DNA of 26,205 bases, from positions 1-26,205 of IMG/VR virus record IMGVR_UViG_3300024284_000020. The stretch is one strand, 5' to 3'. The position numbers and the translations under genes were made by a program. Positions 1 to 6,439 of the stretch are shown in pieces; positions within the stretch are counted from its first letter, which is position 1; each line of letters starts with the position of its first letter. Source of the stretch: a virus (lineage: Duplodnaviria > Caudoviricetes). The notes beneath the pieces were generated by a model. The model had not been told where the DNA came from and did not search any database. It was given only the letters and a program-made list of their open reading frames with translations.

Positions 1-506
1 AAATCACTCTGCGTCTTGTCCGCCGCCCAAGTCTTGCCAGCGTTCAGCAAAGCCCGTTTCCGCATGAACATCGACATGATTGCCGAAGTCGCTGGCTTCA
101 AAATATCGCTGATAATCTGCCGGAAATGCTCCTTTGCATGAGTGATGTGCATGTCTTGGTCGTAGCACAACAGCGGCGTTTTCCATGACTGTTCCTCAAG
201 GTAGTAGGTCAGCCGGGTCGCGCCCCATCCAATCGAATGTCGCGTTTTGTCGCAAGGCGTTCCCAAACAATTCCCGGATTGGGTCCGAGTCCAATTTTTG
301 GTCGTGTCGGGCCAAACGTCATTGAAACGATCAAGGGTATGCTCCACACCGGAGTAAGCCTCGAACGTTCCGGTTTTCATGTTGAGTATCCAGCCGTCGA
401 TTGGCGTGATATCCTCAAGGATCAGTTTGTCGTAGACAGGCTGCTGGTCGACTAAATTTTGCGCAAAATCACAAGCCTTAATAATTGTGGCCGGAGGACA
501 TGACAT
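1..506 (-). CDS. Probable major capsid protein, N-terminal 168 aa (continues past left edge)
   Basis: Not in ORF track. Manual translation from ATG at 506 is open to the edge: MSCPPATIIKACDFAQNLVDQQPVYDKLILEDITPIDGWILNMKTGTFEAYSGVEHTLDRF...CLGTPCD...YYLEEQSWKTPLLCYDQD. Capsid call is inferred from its position downstream of portal and scaffold and its own promoter-like site. Confidence 0.7.
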   Translation of the reverse strand, partial: MSCPPATIIKACDFAQNLVDQQPVYDKLILEDITPIDGWILNMKTGTFEAYSGVEHTLDRFNDVWPDTTKNWTRTQSGNCLGTPCDKTRHSIGWGATRLTYYLEEQSWKTPLLCYDQDMHITHAKEHFRQIISDILKPATSAIMSMFMRKRALLNAGKTWAADKTQSD

Positions 507-730
507 TTTCTAATGGTCTTTCTTCGATGCGGAAGGCACAATCGGCCTTCTCAGTGTTAGTGTTTTGGTAACGCATCGAAAGAAGGCGGTTCGAAGAATC
601 CGCTGCCAGAAAGCCTGACAAGCCGACTGGGATTTTGGATCTCAGTCTGATCCGATTGCCATTCACGAGGGCAACCACCCGATTGAGCCTCACGCCCTTA
701 CGCTGGGCTGCGAAGCGATGCTCAATGCTG
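507..730 (-). ncRNA. Structured 5' leader (cis-regulatory RNA candidate) of the capsid gene
   Basis: Successive stems on the minus strand: GCUUCGC-A-GCCC/GGGC-GUGAGGC (with G-U pairs), UUGCC/GGCAA, GACUGAGAU/AUCCCAGUC (one mismatch), GCGG-A-UUC/GAA-CCGC, and UUCGAUGCG/CGCAUCGAA enclosing GAAGGC/GCCUUC. Confidence 0.5.
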
Positions 731-731
731 G

Positions 732-761
732 ACTACTAGGGTAGGATTAAAATATTGTCAA
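732..761 (-). promoter_or_regulatory. Putative promoter for the capsid gene
   Basis: TTGACA (761-756), 17-nt spacer, TAGTAG(T) (738-732), immediately after the HNH stop codon. Confidence 0.55.
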
Positions 762-764
762 CAA

Positions 765-1511
765 TTATTTTTTAGCCCACTGAATCATCTTGTCGTCAAT
801 TTCCAATATCAAAGCCTTTAATTGATCGTCGGATTGGTCCCATTTGAATCCGTTGATATACTTGTGGATAAAGCGAAGATTACCTATATCACTTGTTCCA
901 CCTTTGGCTACAGGAGTTATGTGATCTAAATGGGAAGTATTGCCAGGAATTAGTTTTATTCCGCTGATTGCACATCGTCCATCTTGTGCGTTCCATAAGG
1001 CGACTAATGCTTCAGTCATATAGTTGGATTTGAGCCGCACATCATCCTGTCTGAGTCCATTGCACCAGTGGTATAAACAGAATTTTTGTTCACCGATAGG
1101 AGGCTCGTTACAATTTACTGAATATCCACATAAGCCTTGGTTGGGACGATTTCGACATTTCTCATAATGAGATTTTTGGGTGTTCTTTTGTCGCTCTCGG
1201 CGTTCTGGACTCCAAGTTTTTCGAGTTTCATTTGCCTCCTTATTTCGTCTAGCTCTTATTTCTGGATTAGCCGCCAGCCAAAGGGCTTGAGATTGCCTTT
1301 TTCTGTTGTCGTATGCCTGTTTTTCTTCAGGTGTCATTCGGGCAATTCGTTCCCGGTCACGTTGGTTTTGAGCTTCACGCTGTTCAGGCGTACGTTGCGG
1401 TTTGGGTTTCAACTTGTTACGGGCATTCTGCCAAGCGTTGTAGCATTGGCGGCAATATGAATAGCTTTTATAGATTGGATCACCACATTTAGGGCATAGT
1501 CCTTTAGCCAT
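765..1511 (-). CDS. HNH endonuclease with N-terminal Zn finger and basic helical region
   Basis: C-terminal GRCAISG...HLDHITPVAKGGTSDIGNLRFIHKYINGFK is an HNH motif; N-terminal CPKC...CRQC. Confidence 0.85.
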   Translation of the reverse strand: MAKGLCPKCGDPIYKSYSYCRQCYNAWQNARNKLKPKPQRTPEQREAQNQRDRERIARMTPEEKQAYDNRKRQSQALWLAANPEIRARRNKEANETRKTWSPERRERQKNTQKSHYEKCRNRPNQGLCGYSVNCNEPPIGEQKFCLYHWCNGLRQDDVRLKSNYMTEALVALWNAQDGRCAISGIKLIPGNTSHLDHITPVAKGGTSDIGNLRFIHKYINGFKWDQSDDQLKALILEIDDKMIQWAKK

Positions 1512-1513
1512 AA

Positions 1514-1538
1514 GTTAAACAGGGTTAAACAGGGTTAA
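1514..1538. repeat. 10-bp tandem repeat, 2.5 copies (GTTAAACAGG)
   Basis: gttaaacagg gttaaacagg gttaa fills nearly all of the gap between the HTH and HNH genes. Confidence 0.9.
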
Positions 1539-1739
1539 TTAGAGTGAGTAACGATGGCAGTATTTAGCTCCTCGTTTTTTCTCCTTTGGAGTCGCATTCA
1601 ACCCTTGTCGAATAAGTTCTTCTATACAGTAATCCGATACTCCGATCTCAGTGGAAAGACTATCTATTGAGCGTCCACTTTTCCAAGCATTGACAATTTC
1701 CCATTGAGTTACGTTGAGTCTGAAGCGTTTTAGTTTCAT
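1539..1739 (-). CDS. Small helix-turn-helix DNA-binding protein (66 aa)
   Basis: EIVNAWKSGRSIDSLSTEIGVSDYCIEELIR has HTH spacing. ATG at 1739 preferred over TTG at 1808, which abuts a hairpin in the leader. Confidence 0.6.
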   Translation of the reverse strand: MKLKRFRLNVTQWEIVNAWKSGRSIDSLSTEIGVSDYCIEELIRQGLNATPKEKKRGAKYCHRYSL

Positions 1740-1853
1740 ATAAACAGAGATGCCCCAACCAGTAGTGAAGTAGGCCAATCGGGAGAAAGACCTTACTGGA
1801 AGGGGCAAATATTAGATTTAGGTTTCACATGCACTTCACTGCACGACCCCCGA

Positions 1854-1882
1854 ATTAGAGCAAATTAACGGCTAGGTGTCAA
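1854..1882 (-). promoter_or_regulatory. Sigma70-type promoter for the HTH-HNH pair
   Basis: TTGACA (1882-1877), 17 nt, TCTAAT (1859-1854) preceded by an extended -10 TG. Confidence 0.65.
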
Positions 1883-2395
1883 CTAATTCCTACGCCAGTT
1901 TCGATGTTCTTTTCCTTGCCAGTATTGACACCATTTGTCAGGAGATATTTCGGTGAATTGAGAATTGACGCTGAGTCCGCATCGTTCAAAAGGAGCGTCG
2001 TAAAATACACAGTTTCCGCAATTATGAGTCACATTTGCGCCGCTATATCGGAGTCCCCTTGATGCATTCTTATGTTGATAGACTGCGTCTTGAAGGCTTC
2101 TCTCCGATGTAAATCGTGCTCCAAAAACACCTATTTGACTCCCCCATCCTCTGCCGTATAATTCTCTACCTAAAGAAACAGAGTCCATCCAGTCTGACAC
2201 GTCGATGTATCTATTTCCCCACGCATAAACTGTTAGTCCGTCTGGGAACATGTTAGTCGCAAATTTAACATATCCGTCTTTGTAATTGGTTTCTATCAAG
2301 GTTCCAGCGTTTCGGATAAAGTCCCCTTTTTTGAAAAGATAAAGCGAGCCAAGTCGCCATTCTCTCCAAGCTGTGATTCTGCCTTGTTTGTCCAT
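1883..2395 (-). CDS. Hypothetical protein with C-terminal HiPIP-like 4-Cys motif
   Basis: LRY...NCGNCVFY...C...ISPDKWCQYW resembles the CxxC..C..WC pattern of high-potential iron-sulfur proteins. Confidence 0.55.
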   Translation of the reverse strand: MDKQGRITAWREWRLGSLYLFKKGDFIRNAGTLIETNYKDGYVKFATNMFPDGLTVYAWGNRYIDVSDWMDSVSLGRELYGRGWGSQIGVFGARFTSERSLQDAVYQHKNASRGLRYSGANVTHNCGNCVFYDAPFERCGLSVNSQFTEISPDKWCQYWQGKEHRNWRRN

Positions 2396-2411
2396 ATATA
2401 TTTAATATAGA

Positions 2412-2705
2412 TTAAATCCCCACCCCCGCCTTAACCTCTGAAATAACCATAGCCAATCCTTTCGGGGTCAGGCCATCGGTGATCTTGCGTGAGATGTAAC
2501 GGTGTTCCTGCTCGTCCTCGGATTTGTAGAACGCAGTGAAATGGAATCCAGAGTTTTGCAGTTCCAGAGCTACCTTGGAAAGTTTGTGACGTTTGGCGAG
2601 GACTTCACCGATCACGGAAAGTTCCAGCATTACGTCAGCCATGGTAAGTGGTTTGGCTTCGTCTGGTAACGCTTCTTCAACCAAGGTGGGTTTCTTTTTG
2701 TCCAT
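2412..2705 (-). CDS. Hypothetical protein (97 aa)
   Basis: Start at ATG 2705 (MDKKKPTL) removes the long overlap with the upstream gene. Confidence 0.6.
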   Translation of the reverse strand: MDKKKPTLVEEALPDEAKPLTMADVMLELSVIGEVLAKRHKLSKVALELQNSGFHFTAFYKSEDEQEHRYISRKITDGLTPKGLAMVISEVKAGVGI

Positions 2706-2709
2706 AAAT

Positions 2710-2994
2710 TTACGCGCAGCAGACACACGGAATAAAAAGATTATTTTCCGTATTTTTCCCAATGTGGCCTCGCCCATGGCAATGAGGGCAACTAGGATCT
2801 GGTTTACAACGGAGTTTAATTTCATGACTAGCTTTCTCAGCCATGGCCGCATCAAAGGCATGGCGTCGATCCTCGACTTGTTCCAAGCGATGGACTCGCG
2901 CCAAGGCGTTGTCGATGCGTTTGGTTAGAAAATGAACAGCAAAACTGAAGGCCAGAACGCACAGCATCATTACAAAGGTAAGGATGATCATCAT
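2710..2994 (-). CDS. Membrane-anchored protein with CxxCxGxG Zn-finger-like C-terminus (94 aa)
   Basis: ATG at 2994 follows the scaffold stop by 1 nt; hydrophobic MMIILTFVMMLCVLAFSFAVHFL; CPHCHGRG...PCVC. Confidence 0.65.
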   Translation of the reverse strand: MMIILTFVMMLCVLAFSFAVHFLTKRIDNALARVHRLEQVEDRRHAFDAAMAEKASHEIKLRCKPDPSCPHCHGRGHIGKNTENNLFIPCVCCA

Positions 2995-2995
2995 A

Positions 2996-4315
2996 TCAGT
3001 AAAACTTGGGTGTGCCGCGTTTCTCCAGTGCTGCCAAAGCGCCTTCCATGGTTTCAGGTTGTGGTGCATCCTTCTTCGTGCCTCGTTCGCCGTCACCAGC
3101 CCCCGGCTCAGACGCCTTGAAATCTTCCAGTTCCTTTTTCAGTGCTGCAATCTCGGTATCCTTAGCCCGTATGTCCCTGACCAACCGATTGAAGCTCGCC
3201 GCCTTATTCCTAATCGCTGCTGCCCGTCCAAGGATACCTTCTCGCTGTTCTTTGGTTAGATTGGGGTTCCTAGCATTCTCGGTTGCGGCCCGGTCGAACT
3301 CAGCTAACCCCTTTTCCAGTAAAGCATCTCCCTCTTTATCAATAGCGTTTCCATCTTTATCGTTACCTTTAGGGAGAACGTAGGGTTTCCACTGGTCCGG
3401 CACAGATTCAGGTTTAGTGGCTGAAGTCCAATGATCGTTAATTTCTTTGGCTACTTTAGACGTGGTTTCCTGAAATTGTTTCTCTCGTTCGGCGCTGGTC
3501 TTTTTATACTCAGCCACGGCGTTATCGGCAGCAATTGCTGCTTTCTCCACTTCCATCATGTGGGGAGTAATCAGACTGGCACGAGGACCAAACATTTCTT
3601 CCAACTTGGTTGCGGCGGCTTCCGGGTCACGCAAATAGGCTTCCATCAGTGAATCAAACTGAGCAGGAGTAGCAGCGGTAGCGTTCCCGGCCTCGTCGGT
3701 GATTTTGAGACGAGAGATCATCTGCCGTCCACGATTCCACGCATCCTGATAGGGTTTTAGGAATTTCTCGGTGTAATCCGGGGACTTCTCGTACTTCACG
3801 TACTTGAATTCTTCCTCTAGCCTTTCCTTTTCCTTACGGAGATTCTCGACTTGTTCAGTCAAGGTTTTGATTTCTGGGTTCTCGGTGGGGGTGGCGCTCT
3901 TGAGCTTCTCCATCTCCGCTTTGAGGGTGTCACGCTCGGTTTTGGTCTTGGCCAATTCTTCACGCAAAAAGTCAGCAGGTTTTTTGGGTTTAACTTGGGC
4001 TTCAGGAGTCTTAGCGGTTTCCTCTTTAGCTGGAGTTTCTTCAGTCTTGGCAGGAGTTTCTTCATCTTTAGCTACTTCCTCTGGCTTAGGTGGCTCCGGT
4101 GCTTTGGGTGGTTCAGTCTTTTTCTGAGCGGGATGGGGCGGAATAGTGGTTGCTTCCGTGGACGGTGGTTTGGCGAACTTCTCCAGATTGCCAAAGGCAC
4201 TTTCCAGATTCTTGCCCGTATTGAAAGTGGAGCCTCCCCGTGAACCACCCAGGGCGGCAGCTTCACTGGCTGCATCGGCAGCAGAGGGAGCATTTAGAAC
4301 AGCAGCGTCAGGCAT
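2996..4315 (-). CDS. Probable capsid scaffolding protein
   Basis: 439 aa, Pro/Glu/Lys-rich disordered N-terminus, long coiled-coil segments, located between portal and capsid genes. Confidence 0.65.
   Translation of the reverse strand: MPDAAVLNAPSAADAASEAAALGGSRGGSTFNTGKNLESAFGNLEKFAKPPSTEATTIPPHPAQKKTEPPKAPEPPKPEEVAKDEETPAKTEETPAKEETAKTPEAQVKPKKPADFLREELAKTKTERDTLKAEMEKLKSATPTENPEIKTLTEQVENLRKEKERLEEEFKYVKYEKSPDYTEKFLKPYQDAWNRGRQMISRLKITDEAGNATAATPAQFDSLMEAYLRDPEAAATKLEEMFGPRASLITPHMMEVEKAAIAADNAVAEYKKTSAEREKQFQETTSKVAKEINDHWTSATKPESVPDQWKPYVLPKGNDKDGNAIDKEGDALLEKGLAEFDRAATENARNPNLTKEQREGILGRAAAIRNKAASFNRLVRDIRAKDTEIAALKKELEDFKASEPGAGDGERGTKKDAPQPETMEGALAALEKRGTPKFY
4008..4072 (-). repeat. 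Imperfect 21-nt coding repeat (AKxEETP) in scaffold
   Basis: AKDEETP AKTEETP AKEETAK; ggagtttcttca at 4032 and 4053. Confidence 0.7.
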
Positions 4316-4318
4316 AAG

Positions 4319-4582
4319 TTAGACATTCTGTAAATTGTCGTGATCTTTACGAGGGGTAACAGTAGGCTTATCGGTTAAGGAAAGAAACACCTGAATGAAC
4401 TCACGAGCGCCCCGGAGCAATACACCACTGGTTACGTCAGGCGTAGCTTTGGCGTCTAGTTGATAGCCGTACTGGAGCAGGGCAGCATCAATGGCATCAA
4501 GGAATTGGGGCTGAACGATTATGTGGGCGTGACCTTTGGCGCGATCTGGGCTGGTGTTAAACCGTCCTTTGGGACTCATCAT
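4319..4582 (-). CDS. Small head-region protein (possibly Bbp19-like)
   Basis: 87-aa helical ORF tightly packed before the scaffold; family guess from position and LRGAREFIQVF only. Confidence 0.5.
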   Translation of the reverse strand: MMSPKGRFNTSPDRAKGHAHIIVQPQFLDAIDAALLQYGYQLDAKATPDVTSGVLLRGAREFIQVFLSLTDKPTVTPRKDHDNLQNV

Positions 4583-4860
4583 AAAGGTTTAGAAAAGAAT
4601 CGTTTGTGCCATCGTGCGTACTTCCAATTGCCTATACGTCTGCGGATAGGACCGATTGGACGCCGCACAAACCAATCATATAGAGAAGGTGAAGGAAAAT
4701 CTCCAAAGTGCCAAAGACCACCGCAACGAGCGCATTCAATTTTTGAGTGATCTACAAGTACACCAAGCATCTTATGGCCAAACAGAGCGCAGCGCAGTGG
4801 GTGTTGCTTTCGGTAGAACTCACGGGCTTCATCTATTCCGGCATTTCGGTCTAACTTCAT
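4579..4860 (-). CDS. Hypothetical protein with CxxFGHK...CxRC motif (DUF1660-like)
   Basis: LRCALFGHK...CARCG; ATG at 4860 overlaps the upstream TGA (TGATG). Confidence 0.55.
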   Translation of the reverse strand: MKLDRNAGIDEAREFYRKQHPLRCALFGHKMLGVLVDHSKIECARCGGLWHFGDFPSPSLYDWFVRRPIGPIRRRIGNWKYARWHKRFFSKPL

Positions 4861-5033
4861 CAATACCATCTCTGCGGCTTAGGTTTCCGGCGATGTGACA
4901 GAGGCGGTTTGACTTTCTGCTTGAGCATCACCCGTTTCATCAGCGTTTTAGTCAACTTACTATGCTGATGCGGGGTAAGGTCCGCTTCCGTGGACATGCC
5001 ATAATTCTGCACTGGATTATACGGCTCAGGCAT
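4860..5033 (-). CDS. Small basic protein (57 aa)
   Basis: ATG at 5033 overlaps the ATP-grasp stop (ATGCCTGA); MPEPYNPVQNYG...HRRKPKPQRWY. Confidence 0.6.
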   Translation of the reverse strand: MPEPYNPVQNYGMSTEADLTPHQHSKLTKTLMKRVMLKQKVKPPLSHRRKPKPQRWY

Positions 5034-6333
5034 CCGAGACAACACTGCTTGGTTCGGGGATAGGTTGTCCAGAGAATTCGATGCCTTCCTGTTCGGCATC
5101 TTTAATCTCTCTCAGCAAATCCACTAACGTTTCGATATTCGCCTTCACTCCGTCAGGTAGCTTCTCTGCATAACCCTTCAGGTTATTGATAGCTTCCATC
5201 ATGGTATCTCCCACCGCTACCAACCAACCGATATGTTCACCGTAATTGTCATTAGGTGGAAAACAGGCCATGCCGTTAATCTCACAGCACCCACCTACTT
5301 TCATCACGTCCATGAGAATCTCTGGCACCTTAGCTACTCGCCATGCCCCCTTCTCTCCGCACATGGTTAAAGCACATTCAGCAGTGAATTTACCGTTAGG
5401 TTCAGGTTCAACCAATTCCCCGTGAGCGCCGGCCCAAATGATTTCACTGAAATTGTTCCATACCGATAGTTGGCTGGCTGTGGACGGCATCCCCAGGCGA
5501 GGGGTAGGGTCGATGAAATACCATTCATTACCTTGACCGCGCAGTTCCATCGACCATTGATTGCGGCAACGGTATTCCTTTAGGATAGGGCTAAATGCGG
5601 TCAGCACTTCCTCCAATGGATCGGGGATCTTGTCTCGTGGCGTCACTGCGGACATGTAACTTTTGTCTTTCCACTCATCGCCCCGGAGCATCAGGGACGG
5701 CCATTGTCCATCCACGGTGTAAGTATCGCTGCCGATCTCTAATCCGTCTCCGATAGGGTCAAACACCAGAAATGGAATCAGGTCTTGAGTAGGCCCGAAC
5801 TCCACGCCCCATGAATCTAGGCTGCAATGATCCTCATCCCAGGAACGCCAATGACAGGTTTCAAAGCTGCCGCGATACTTGGAAATCTTGAGGTATTTAT
5901 CGGTCTTATCACGAAGGAACAGGCGCAGATTAGTCAGCCCCATGATCTTCTTGTGTGGGGCTTGTTTCAGACCAATCTTGCCTAAAACATTCAGGAACTT
6001 TTCCCGATTCATCTCCAGTGAATCTGCGTCTCGGCTACCCCAAACAGCGCAGCCTTGAGATTCTAACTCCAGTTGCATTCCAGCATGGTAAATATCTGGG
6101 AACACCCAACAATCCACTTCTTTCTTAATCTTCCAAGGATCGTTGCAACGAATTACCCCGGTATCGTCTCCATAACCGTCCCCAATCACGCATTGATGGA
6201 TACGAGCAAAACCAGTCTCCCACGGGGTATGATAGAAAACTCTTTTGGCATCTTGAGCGAGACGATGGGCTAGGGGCAGGCCCAACCCATGGTCGATTAC
6301 ACAAAACGTTACGTCGGAGAGTTCTTTACTCAT
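5026..6333 (-). CDS. ATP-grasp ligase, PurD/GARS-like fold, substrate unknown
   Basis: VWGSRDADSLEMNREKF (cf. FGP...LE.SK.F), YLKISKYRG, DGLEIG, and YFIDPTPRLGMPS (cf. LEFNxRFGDPE). Lacks the GxGGREH motif of true PurD. Confidence 0.75.
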   Translation of the reverse strand: MSKELSDVTFCVIDHGLGLPLAHRLAQDAKRVFYHTPWETGFARIHQCVIGDGYGDDTGVIRCNDPWKIKKEVDCWVFPDIYHAGMQLELESQGCAVWGSRDADSLEMNREKFLNVLGKIGLKQAPHKKIMGLTNLRLFLRDKTDKYLKISKYRGSFETCHWRSWDEDHCSLDSWGVEFGPTQDLIPFLVFDPIGDGLEIGSDTYTVDGQWPSLMLRGDEWKDKSYMSAVTPRDKIPDPLEEVLTAFSPILKEYRCRNQWSMELRGQGNEWYFIDPTPRLGMPSTASQLSVWNNFSEIIWAGAHGELVEPEPNGKFTAECALTMCGEKGAWRVAKVPEILMDVMKVGGCCEINGMACFPPNDNYGEHIGWLVAVGDTMMEAINNLKGYAEKLPDGVKANIETLVDLLREIKDAEQEGIEFSGQPIPEPSSVVSDA

Positions 6334-6439
6334 CTTCTTCAGGTTCAGCCCGTTCTTCGCTCAATTTGATTTCGTCACTGTCACAATCCAAATCTTCGGG
6401 CAACCCGTCATCGTCCAGCACTGGATGGCCTTCAGGCAT
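6326..6439 (-). CDS. 37-aa highly acidic peptide
   Basis: Below the ORF-track cutoff. MPEGHPVLDDDGLPEDLDCDSDEIKLSEERAEPEEDE; start overlaps the portal stop (TAATG) and stop overlaps the ATP-grasp start (ATGAGTAA). Confidence 0.65.
   Translation of the reverse strand: MPEGHPVLDDDGLPEDLDCDSDEIKLSEERAEPEEDE

Noticed and set aside
4-693. Track ORFs 4..186, 237..455 and 478..693
   Set aside because: They are off-frame or antisense to the long open frame from ATG 506, or overlie the structured leader with a weak start.
507-730. tRNA or known riboswitch in the capsid leader
   Set aside because: A TTCGA string is present, but there is no cloverleaf or aptamer consensus that I can recognise.
765-1511. 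Terminase-associated packaging HNH (HK97 gp74 type)
   Set aside because: Far from terL and much longer, with extra DNA-binding regions; a free-standing nuclease is more likely, though not proven.
2593-4293. Long overlapping ORFs over the scaffold region (and similar ones over portal, GT and terminase genes)
   Set aside because: Antisense or alternate-frame shadows with Ser/Phe/Leu-biased composition mirroring the real genes.
5026-6333. Calling the ATP-grasp gene purD (purine auxiliary metabolic gene)
   Set aside because: It lacks GxGGREH and other PurD substrate motifs, and its context is structural.
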